A DNA stretch of 64,000 nt from a virus. The notes under the pieces are model-generated. The model was not told the origin of the DNA, made no database searches, and worked only from the letters and a program-made list of their open reading frames with translations. Positions 56,208 through 64,000 of the stretch are shown here, one piece after another. The DNA lies in the IMG/VR virus record IMGVR_UViG_3300017963_000203, positions 66,895 to 130,894 of that record; one strand, 5' to 3'. A program made the translations under genes and the position numbers. How positions within the stretch are numbered: the stretch's first letter is position 1; each line of letters starts with the position of its first letter.

Positions 56208-58586
56208 TCACTCGATGATCGGGAACTGCGGGAATACCTCCCACTCCAAGTCCAGTTTAACGAAACCGGACGAAATGGCACGTCCGGTCACCACCAAGCC
56301 CTGGGGCGTGGCTGTCAGCGTGATCTGATCCACGTTCTGGGAGCGATTGGACTCATCTCCCGACACCTCACGGGCGATCAGGGCTGCGTCTTTGCTCAGA
56401 CCAACGTGCTTCACCGCGCCGAACTGGGCGCAGGCGCTCACGTCGTCGCCCTCGAGGACCCGTCCAGACGAGATCACACGCCCTCGTTCGTAGTAGGGGA
56501 GCAGCCTGGTGCGCGCGTAGGGGTCGTAGGTGTAGGGGAGACGGGAATACGAGCCCATGGCCGCCCGGGCGTTCCTCACGTAGACCTCGGAGTCGCCCGT
56601 TGTCTGTCGCAGGATGACGATGAGACCCACGGCGTAGGTGTTCTCGCTGATCGCGAGGCTCGACTCGATGAGGAGCGTGCCGTCTGCCGTGGTGGCGCCC
56701 TTCTCGTCCCTCTGGATGAGCGTGAAGGTACCCGTCTCGTCCCTGGAGTAGAATCCGATGCCCACGCCGATGGCTTCGCGGGCCGTAGCCTTGTAGTCGA
56801 TGGCGAAGGTGATCTTCTGCCCCTGCATCTCGGCCGTCACGGGAATCCGGTACTCGAGGTGATTGACGAAGCCAGGGTCGCCGCCCTTTCCCTCCCAGTA
56901 GAGAGCCGTGTCGATGGCGTCCGAGATCCCCGCTGAGAGTGCTGCCTCGCTGTAGACGACTCTTCGGATGTTCCTCGAGGCACCCTCGAACTGGATCTTG
57001 GTGAACTGCCACCCGTCCGCAGCGAAGACGTCCGTGCCAGCGTCGATGTCGGCCTCGTCCACGCTCACGGCATACTGGATGTCAGCCGGGTTGTCGGAAT
57101 CGGGCTCGAGTTCGTTCTCGTCGTTCCTGCTCCACCACCTGAAATTGCCATTGGAGATGAGGTTGGGGATGGAGTGAAGGAGGTTGGTGACGCCCAGCTC
57201 GGCGATCACGCGCTGGTTCAGCGTCTCGGGGTCCAGATTGAGATACGCGCCGTAGCTGAAGATCTTCTGGATTGTGTTGAGAACAAACGCGTCCTTGGGG
57301 ATGCGGAATCGAACGTACAGGCGGTTCCCGCCCCCGGCCGGGATGGTGATGATGGTGTTAGCCGAGAAACCCTGGTTCGTGAACCCGGAGTACTTGCTCA
57401 CCGTCGAGTAATCGAAGGAGAGGTTGGGCACGTCCGTGTCGATGATCATCATGAAATGCGTGAGCGTCGAGATGGGCGTACCGCTGAGCAGGTCGTTGGT
57501 CACGATGGTCACGTCGTCGTCCGGAGAGGACGTCCCGATCCACTCGAAGGTGAGGCTGGTGTCGGCACGATCGATGAAGGTGCGCAGAAGCGTCTCGTAA
57601 CCCGTGGGGCCGCTCACCGTGGTCAGGTCGATGAAGTCGTCGTTCTCGAGCACATCCACGCGCACGTTCTGGAATACGCTCGTGATGAGTTCCATGTTGT
57701 AGCTGGTGCGCTCGAACTGCGGTGTGAGCTGCCTGGCGAAGGGGAACCGTACGTCCTCGAGGCGCGTCAGCTTCGCCGATCCGCTGACCTTCGTGGCCTC
57801 TCCGATGCACAGGGGCAACGTGTCGGCCCCATACCCTCCGAGCGTATCGGGATCGGACGAGTAGCTCACCACGCTGACCTCTCGGTCGTCCGTGATCCCG
57901 AAGAGAAAGTACCTCGTCTCTCCCTCGTCCATGGTGCTGTCGTCGATCTCCTCGCTGTACCCGCCGAGCCAGCGGATGATGGAGGACTTGTCGGCGTTGG
58001 GAAAGATTCCGGGGTAGACGAAGATGCGCTTGGTGTTCGCGAAGTCGATCTCCGGCTTGAGAGCCGCCATGTCCACGGGCTGGACGAAATCGGCCTCAGG
58101 AGCCTGAACGATGTCGTCTGGATCCACACGCACCTGTGCCTGACCACCCGTGGCCTGCTGCGCGCGCACGTACACCCATCCGAGCACCACCTGGAACTGG
58201 TTTTCGACCGAGGGAACGACTGGATCGTCGCTCAAGTTCTCCTGGTTCCTGCCCTTGATGACCTTGTAGGTGGCCGGCACGCTCGTATCGGGCGTGAACA
58301 TGTACTCGCACACCACCAAGTCGATGCGCGTCCTCACGCTGTCCGCGGGAAGGATGCGCACGGCGTTCACGAGATCGGCCGTCTCCTCCACGATCACACC
58401 CCCGGACGTGACCAGAACGGAGCGCGCAGCCGTTCCCCTGACGATGTCGAGCCGATCGGGATAGCCTGCGTTCACCCGGAGCTTGAACCCGGAATAGACG
58501 CCGGCATGGACCGTCTCGATGAATCGACGGTTGTGAAGCCTGGAGGTGTCCAGGCCGTGGTACTTGTGGAGAATGTTCTGCGTCAT
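56208..58586 (-). CDS. baseplate/tail-fibre-associated structural protein
   Basis: GVYSGF, RIDLVV..Y..IKG, NLISNGNF..ADGW. Confidence 0.65.
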   Translation of the reverse strand: MTQNILHKYHGLDTSRLHNRRFIETVHAGVYSGFKLRVNAGYPDRLDIVRGTAARSVLVTSGGVIVEETADLVNAVRILPADSVRTRIDLVVCEYMFTPDTSVPATYKVIKGRNQENLSDDPVVPSVENQFQVVLGWVYVRAQQATGGQAQVRVDPDDIVQAPEADFVQPVDMAALKPEIDFANTKRIFVYPGIFPNADKSSIIRWLGGYSEEIDDSTMDEGETRYFLFGITDDREVSVVSYSSDPDTLGGYGADTLPLCIGEATKVSGSAKLTRLEDVRFPFARQLTPQFERTSYNMELITSVFQNVRVDVLENDDFIDLTTVSGPTGYETLLRTFIDRADTSLTFEWIGTSSPDDDVTIVTNDLLSGTPISTLTHFMMIIDTDVPNLSFDYSTVSKYSGFTNQGFSANTIITIPAGGGNRLYVRFRIPKDAFVLNTIQKIFSYGAYLNLDPETLNQRVIAELGVTNLLHSIPNLISNGNFRWWSRNDENELEPDSDNPADIQYAVSVDEADIDAGTDVFAADGWQFTKIQFEGASRNIRRVVYSEAALSAGISDAIDTALYWEGKGGDPGFVNHLEYRIPVTAEMQGQKITFAIDYKATAREAIGVGIGFYSRDETGTFTLIQRDEKGATTADGTLLIESSLAISENTYAVGLIVILRQTTGDSEVYVRNARAAMGSYSRLPYTYDPYARTRLLPYYERGRVISSGRVLEGDDVSACAQFGAVKHVGLSKDAALIAREVSGDESNRSQNVDQITLTATPQGLVVTGRAISSGFVKLDLEWEVFPQFPIIE

Positions 58587-59269
58587 GTAGCTCTCCTTTT
58601 GAGCAGACGCGCAAGCCCGTACGCTGCTGCACCGCCCAGGGCCGCCTTTCCGGCCAGGTCCGCTCTCCGCTGATGAAAGCCTCGGTGGTACGTGCCCAGA
58701 GCCCTGCTCTTGATGTCCTTCCGGCCTCGCACGTACTTCCAGGCACGCTCTTCAGGAGCGATGACCTTCTCGTGGTACTCGGGCTTCCACACGAGCTGCG
58801 CGAGTCGGCTGATTGTACTTCCGTGGCCCGGGTCCTTGCCCGCCTCGAGATCCCGAAGATGCCCGATCTCGTGCTCCACCGTGGCCTTGGCCGCTTTCTC
58901 GGGGAGAACCAGAATGTCCGTGTCGCCCACGCGCACGGCCAGCGCGTTCATGCTGTGCCGGATGATCCCCCTGGCGATGGCCAGGAACTCCTTCTTGTGC
59001 TCAGGAGGAATCTTCACCTTCTGTAGAAGCCTGGAAAGATCCTGGTCGGACGTGACGATGATCGGTGGCTTGCGAAGAGGCTTCTTCTTCAGATTGGCGA
59101 GGACCCATGCCCGAGACTCCACCCTCTCCTTGCCCTTGCCGACGAGATCATCGAGCGACATGGTCGGGTAGATCTGCCCCCGAATCACGTCGTAGACGGC
59201 GAGACCGGCAGCCGCACCACCCAGGATGAGCGGGATGTTGGTCCAGTCGAATGCGTCCTTCTCGATCAC
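58583..59269 (-). CDS. putative zinc metallopeptidase with hydrophobic termini
   Basis: HEIGH plus downstream EERAW; starts MIEKDA. Confidence 0.6.
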   Translation of the reverse strand: MIEKDAFDWTNIPLILGGAAAGLAVYDVIRGQIYPTMSLDDLVGKGKERVESRAWVLANLKKKPLRKPPIIVTSDQDLSRLLQKVKIPPEHKKEFLAIARGIIRHSMNALAVRVGDTDILVLPEKAAKATVEHEIGHLRDLEAGKDPGHGSTISRLAQLVWKPEYHEKVIAPEERAWKYVRGRKDIKSRALGTYHRGFHQRRADLAGKAALGGAAAYGLARLLKRRAT

Positions 59270-60105
59270 TTCTTTTTCTTCTTCCTGCGAGGAGCGACGG
59301 CCCTCGCCGTGAGATACGTGGCCAGGGGCATGAGAGATGCCCGAGCCGCGGAAGACAGAAAGGCCGGCGCCATCTCCGTGAGGCCCGTGGCCAGCATTTG
59401 CCCCCGCGTGGCCCCGAGTCGACTGAGATTTCTCAACCCACGGACATGCGCGCCCGCCTCACGGCCCAGACTGGCCACACTCGGTATGGCCGCGATGCCC
59501 GTTCCGATCAACGCGGCTCTCTGCGCCTCCTCCGGCGTAGAAGCCTTGAGAGAGCCAAGCACGCCGCCAAGAGATCCTGCCCCTCCAACGCCCATCAGAA
59601 GGTTCTGCATCATGCCGCTCATCGGACGCTGCTCTGTGTGACCCAGCTCATGAGCCGTAAGCCCTGGGCTCTCGCCCGACGGGGGCCACATGATGGTCTT
59701 GCCCGACATCTCCCCTGCCGTGAGGGTCTCCGGGTCCGTAAGACGAATGTTCTGTTCGGATCCGGGGAACTCCCTGAACGACCTGGAGAGATCGGGTGTG
59801 GTGATCTGGGCGCCTTCGGCAAGACCACCGCCCAGGAGCCTACGCCACAACGCCTTCTTGGGCCACTTGCGGACGGAGATGCCTCTGCGATGGGCTTCGT
59901 CGATCACCTTTCGGTAGAGGTCCTTGTTCTTGGCCGTGGACGCACGATGAGCCACAACGTCAGCGGCCGTGGCCAACGGCAACGGGAGCGAGGAGAAGAT
60001 GACAGCCTTGAGGACATCGGACTCGATCTTCCTGTCCGGCCGCTTCTTCTTTTCCTTCTTCTTGGCGACCTTGATGATCGCCGGACTGATTTCCAAACGC
60101 AGCAT
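59266..60105 (-). CDS. putative membrane-associated zinc metallopeptidase
   Basis: AHELGH plus downstream EAGA; Gly/Ala hydrophobic helices; IIKVA near N-terminus. Confidence 0.6.
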   Translation of the reverse strand: MLRLEISPAIIKVAKKKEKKKRPDRKIESDVLKAVIFSSLPLPLATAADVVAHRASTAKNKDLYRKVIDEAHRRGISVRKWPKKALWRRLLGGGLAEGAQITTPDLSRSFREFPGSEQNIRLTDPETLTAGEMSGKTIMWPPSGESPGLTAHELGHTEQRPMSGMMQNLLMGVGGAGSLGGVLGSLKASTPEEAQRAALIGTGIAAIPSVASLGREAGAHVRGLRNLSRLGATRGQMLATGLTEMAPAFLSSAARASLMPLATYLTARAVAPRRKKKKK

Positions 60106-60650
60106 CAGGATCTCCTGATGGCGGGGATGAGCCTCCAGCGCACCACCATGTAGAGCAGGTTCGTCTTCTCATACCTCTTGGCCCGCCCGCCCAGGCCGGG
60201 ATCTGCCGGCGTGACGAAGTGGGACAGCATGGTGCCGTCCTCGGACAGAAGGCCGAGCTCGTTGATGGAGTCGCTGTTGCCCGCCTCGGTCTTGAGGACC
60301 GCCGTGTAGATAATCCTCTTGTTGATCAGGTCCTTCTCGATGTGAGCGATGGGCGCGTCGAAGATGGGCTGACGCATCGTCTCTTCGGTATCTTGCGGAG
60401 GGAAGCGTGCGCCCGTGTCGAGTCCCGTGGCCGGATTGATGTCGCCCCCCGTGCCCACGGAGATGGTCGAGACGATCTTCGCCTCGATGTCCCGGGCGAG
60501 GAGACCCAGGAGAACATCGATGGCGCTGTCGCTGATGTGGTTCTTCATGACCAGGACCTCGCCCGGGGTCCCGTCCAAGCTTCTGAAGACCACTTCGACT
60601 TCGCCCCTGAGTTCGATCTCGATCTTGTCCTGTACGATCAGCTTGCTCAT
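60105..60650 (-). CDS. phage tail/baseplate protein (tail-collar fibre-like)
   Basis: LRGEV..KNHI..ISVGTG..INELGL. Confidence 0.6.
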   Translation of the reverse strand: MSKLIVQDKIEIELRGEVEVVFRSLDGTPGEVLVMKNHISDSAIDVLLGLLARDIEAKIVSTISVGTGGDINPATGLDTGARFPPQDTEETMRQPIFDAPIAHIEKDLINKRIIYTAVLKTEAGNSDSINELGLLSEDGTMLSHFVTPADPGLGGRAKRYEKTNLLYMVVRWRLIPAIRRS

Positions 60651-61969
60651 CCGCGCACCCCCACCACCTTGACGAAGAGTTCCCCGTTGCGAGGCGTGTT
60701 CCCGTCTCCTGTGGCCGAATCCCACGTGACGGTGCCGCTGGTGTAGCGGTCGAGGATGAGAACGCGCAAGGCGTCCTGCATCTTGGTGAGCCCCACATTG
60801 CCGATCTCGAGGCGAATCTCGTTGCTCGTGACGAGGTGTGCCCGAACGCCTGCGTACTGGTTCGTACCCAACTGAACCCAGGAACATTCCACGCCCGGGC
60901 GTGGCGTGAGAAAGTCGGGGGGTGCCCAGTAGATCTCGACGGATACGATCTCGGAGATCGAATCGAATGGAGCCACCTCGATGAGAGCACCGAGCTGATT
61001 GAGGTCGTCGATGGTGACCTTGGCCCGGCCCACGGTGATGGGGCTCTGGTCGATGGGGTGCGTGTGCGTCCTTCGAGCAGCCACGTCCCCCAGACCGTCG
61101 TAGGGGCCCGTCCCGAATCGGACACCGAGCTGCTTCTGACCCCCGACGTCCTTCACCTCGAGACTCTGGTGGTGGCGAAGCTGAAGCGTAACCTTCTTGG
61201 GGTCGGATACGCTGTTGTCGCCGGACACGATGGGAACGAGGTAGGGTGAGAGCGCAGAGGAGATCACGTCCTGGATCGATTCCTGGACGACGGCCAGCTT
61301 CCCCTCGGGCATGAGACCGGCGCTACTCCCAGCACTGCCCCCGAGCATGGCCAGAGGTATGGGGTCGGTGCCTCCTGGCATGTGCGTGAGGGCGTGAAGA
61401 CCGACCGCCAGGCCTCCTCCCGGGAAGTTCCACAAGGAAGCCGTATTGTAGTTGATGGTGTAGGAGCCGTCAGCGTAGCCGATGATGGTGGCGTACGCCA
61501 CGTACCCCACGTCATCACCGCTCAGCGAGGGCGCCGGCGGCGCAACAGCAGGACCTCCGGACTCCGTGATCTCGATACGAGGCGTCTCGTCGAGGCGTAC
61601 GATGGGATCGAAGTTCTCACGGACCACCGTGGAGCCCGTGTCCCTCAGCCGCTCCCTGGCCTCGACGATGTTCACCTGCCGCAGAACGAAGTAGACGCCG
61701 ATCTGTTTGTCCCCGATTGCCACCGTTGGCTCTTCGTTCTCGACCTTGAAGACACGCCCGTCCACGGCCGCGTACTGCTCCGGAACGGAAATCCTCCAGT
61801 TGGTTCCCACCTTGGAGACGGTAGGTGGGGCGCTGGTGAGAAGGACGTCGGAGAGCCCTCCTGTGAGTGCCGTGGCCAGACCGCCCAGCGCTTCCTCGGT
61901 GAGAAGGTGCTGGGCGTTCATGTCCCCTACAGTGGGGATTTGGCCGGTCTCGTAGTTCTTCTTTCGCAT
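60647..61969 (-). CDS. hypothetical tail-fibre/baseplate structural protein
   Basis: YETGQIPT..DMN; HALTHMPGGTDP; HTH. Confidence 0.65.
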   Translation of the reverse strand: MRKKNYETGQIPTVGDMNAQHLLTEEALGGLATALTGGLSDVLLTSAPPTVSKVGTNWRISVPEQYAAVDGRVFKVENEEPTVAIGDKQIGVYFVLRQVNIVEARERLRDTGSTVVRENFDPIVRLDETPRIEITESGGPAVAPPAPSLSGDDVGYVAYATIIGYADGSYTINYNTASLWNFPGGGLAVGLHALTHMPGGTDPIPLAMLGGSAGSSAGLMPEGKLAVVQESIQDVISSALSPYLVPIVSGDNSVSDPKKVTLQLRHHQSLEVKDVGGQKQLGVRFGTGPYDGLGDVAARRTHTHPIDQSPITVGRAKVTIDDLNQLGALIEVAPFDSISEIVSVEIYWAPPDFLTPRPGVECSWVQLGTNQYAGVRAHLVTSNEIRLEIGNVGLTKMQDALRVLILDRYTSGTVTWDSATGDGNTPRNGELFVKVVGVRG

Positions 61970-61981
61970 CGATAACCCCTA

Positions 61982-64000
61982 TCAGGTAGCCACCTCGATG
62001 GACGCGCCAACCGGGTTGCCGGCATCGAGAGCTCCCAGCCCGATGGCCCAGATGTTGGGGATCATCTCGATCTCGGCGTCGTCCTCGACGAACTCGAAGT
62101 CAACCGAGTCCGAAATGCCTTCATCTTCGTTCACATTCGTGAAAGCGATGTACCTGGACGATGCCGGCTTGGCCGTGTCCAGGAAGTGCTTTACGTCCGT
62201 GAGGAAGCCGTCCCTCAGTCCCTCCCAGTGAAACCTCATCAAGATCGTGAAAGGCTGGAAGATGGGGAGGAGGACTCCCGAGACATACGAAAAATCCTCG
62301 GAGTCCAACTGGTCGAGGAAACGCTGTGTGTCGAGCCTCCTGGTCTTCCTGGCTGCTATCGTGTACGAAACGATGGAGGAGGGCTGGTAAAGCCCACCCC
62401 ACCCATGCACGATGCCAGGAGGCGCGCCACCGTAGGCGCCATCGCCCCACCCAAGACCACCTTCGGGCACTTGTAGTGTCACCCGCAGTATAGTCTTATC
62501 AACGATTTCCAGTACACGGCCGTAGGACCGAGATCCGTCAGACCACACTGCCGTGACCAGGTCATTTCGCCACACCTCCCCTTCGTCGCCGCCCACGAAA
62601 TCCTTAGTTGGGTCACAGAACTCTTCAGTCCGCTGATCGTAGGTCGGATTCACTCCCGAAATGATGGCAGTCGACTTGATGTCGAGTCTCTTGGCGAAAG
62701 AGAAATCGACGGCGAAATCCTCGGCCACCACAGGGAGCCAAGGGAAAGTCTCTTCGGTCAGGTCGAGGTCCTGGGCATAGGCCGTGAGCGCATGAAGCCT
62801 GGGCATCTCCTTGGTAGTCCGAAGACGATCCGGAATCTCCTTCGAAAGGTCGTACTCCTTACTGCCCTCCTTGTCCTCAACCACGGCGTAGCGACGATCG
62901 GGCGTGTTGACCGTCCGAATGAGGCGCCCTTGCAGATCGAGAAACGAAGAACCCATGATGAGACACACGAAGTTCTCGAGGGTGTAACCCTGGCTTCCGC
63001 GATAGTAGGCAGCGAAGAGCGCCTGAAGCACCCGACTGTACTGCTCGCTGCTCTCCCGTTTCACGTTGAGTATCGCACCGAAGTTCCGCCAAGCCGTGCT
63101 CTCGTCCACCAGGCCGCCCGCCAACCAGGCATCCTCGAAGATCTCGCTGGACATGAGCCAGAACGCCGCGGTCGTGTTGAGGTCAGGAGTGATCGAGAAG
63201 CCCACTTCCGGGGCGTCCAGTGTCGTCTGGAGAGGAAGCTGCGTCACCCCGGTGTCCTCGTTGGGGTCGACACCACTCTGGAGATACTGGGCAGCCACCA
63301 CTCGCGAGACGGGCATGTCCAGATCTACGAAGTCCTTCTCCTCCACATCGGAGTCAACGTAGGCCTTGTAGGGCAGCTCGAGACGCTCACCCCATACGTG
63401 AACGATGCTGCCGTCGGTGATGGCCGGGTAAACATGAACGAAATCACGAAACGGCGTGTAGGAGTAGTTGTCTGGGTCGTTCTGCAAGACGCCGTCCACG
63501 CTGAGCCTGAGCGGGTATCGCTCGCTGTGGGGTGCACTCAGAGCGAACGCGATCTGTCCGTCCACCGTCACGTATCGATCGTTCACATGACGGTGAAGGC
63601 GATTGTCCTCCTCATCCACGTAGAAGAAGTCGATCTTGGTTCCGACTGGCAGGTAGTTCGGACTCGTCCCGTTTACGAATCGGACGGTATAGGATTCCGC
63701 TCCGGGGAGTAGCACGTACTGGTCGGGATGGGCCAGCATCCCATCAACGTAAACCTCGAGGGGAAAGTCGGGAAGCTCGAAACCACCCGGATCGATGACC
63801 CATGGGCGTGTCCGTGGGACACTGGCACGATCGGATGGAGCGTCAAGTTCAATGTGGTAGCTCGCGTGGTCATGGTCTTCATGGAACGCCCCCTTGATGA
63901 ACAGACGCACGCCCACTTGAAAGCTGCGCTCGAAAGAGACACCGCCCGTCGTGACAGCCACGCCCTCGTAGACAGAGCCGCTCAGGTACGTGACCCGGGC
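61982..64000 (-). CDS. probable baseplate wedge-like protein (5' end outside window)
   Basis: Frame open to window end; VYVDG/LSVDGV repeats, WRNFG..L..Y..L.AL, FLDTAKPA. Confidence 0.6.
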   Translation of the reverse strand, partial: ARVTYLSGSVYEGVAVTTGGVSFERSFQVGVRLFIKGAFHEDHDHASYHIELDAPSDRASVPRTRPWVIDPGGFELPDFPLEVYVDGMLAHPDQYVLLPGAESYTVRFVNGTSPNYLPVGTKIDFFYVDEEDNRLHRHVNDRYVTVDGQIAFALSAPHSERYPLRLSVDGVLQNDPDNYSYTPFRDFVHVYPAITDGSIVHVWGERLELPYKAYVDSDVEEKDFVDLDMPVSRVVAAQYLQSGVDPNEDTGVTQLPLQTTLDAPEVGFSITPDLNTTAAFWLMSSEIFEDAWLAGGLVDESTAWRNFGAILNVKRESSEQYSRVLQALFAAYYRGSQGYTLENFVCLIMGSSFLDLQGRLIRTVNTPDRRYAVVEDKEGSKEYDLSKEIPDRLRTTKEMPRLHALTAYAQDLDLTEETFPWLPVVAEDFAVDFSFAKRLDIKSTAIISGVNPTYDQRTEEFCDPTKDFVGGDEGEVWRNDLVTAVWSDGSRSYGRVLEIVDKTILRVTLQVPEGGLGWGDGAYGGAPPGIVHGWGGLYQPSSIVSYTIAARKTRRLDTQRFLDQLDSEDFSYVSGVLLPIFQPFTILMRFHWEGLRDGFLTDVKHFLDTAKPASSRYIAFTNVNEDEGISDSVDFEFVEDDAEIEMIPNIWAIGLGALDAGNPVGASIEVAT

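Noticed and set aside
37998-58673. Long + strand ORFs (e.g. 39670..42141, 37998..39707, 51884..53731, 57174..58673)
   Set aside because: Antisense shadows of GC3-rich minus-strand genes; no RBS or recognisable motifs
1-64000. Stop-codon reassignment
   Set aside because: Only one in-frame stop case (17401); TAA, TAG and TGA all end tightly packed genes; no suppressor anticodon seen
1-64000. CRISPR array, integrase/transposase, reverse transcriptase or DGR
   Set aside because: No regularly spaced repeats or catalytic motifs recognised; the 53463-53659 duplication is in-frame and not adenine-variable

Overview
GC-rich window from what appears to be a large (jumbo-type) tailed dsDNA phage. No host housekeeping operons are visible, and the host cannot be determined from this window. 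The layout alternates by strand. (i) 1-3815 (+): small early-type genes, including a DUF4262-like ORF and a Thg1-like tRNA(His) guanylyltransferase. (ii) 3828-9615 (-): head module with a probable portal and several proteins starting with a shared 'F-x-x-G-F/L-x-D-E-L/I-x-K-x-A' motif. (iii) 9731-32563 (+): about 60 tightly packed small genes, including an MtrA-like/thymidylate synthase/DUF4346 fusion, a DUF5662-like HD protein, a PAPS-reductase-family protein, an HTH regulator, a TopoVI-A-like TOPRIM protein and many CxxC proteins. This block is punctuated by a recurring GAGAGCC..GGCTCTC-T(n) terminator and a GTCA(T/C)RAGA promoter-like motif. (iv) 32649-33552 (-): array of nine tRNA or tRNA-like genes, several structurally unusual. 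(v) 33816-64000 (-): tail, baseplate and fibre genes interleaved with more motif-tagged proteins. The best candidate for an undescribed system is the shared tag. It heads six unrelated proteins, one with a SET methyltransferase domain, and recurs four times inside a 946-aa protein that also carries a ferritin-like domain, suggesting a capsid-targeting/cleavage signal for injected cargo. Other highlights are a tRNA-His lacking G-1 alongside a phage-encoded Thg1, and a D-arm-less, possibly pseudoknotted tRNA-Tyr-like RNA. All family calls are from motif recognition by eye; no searches were run.
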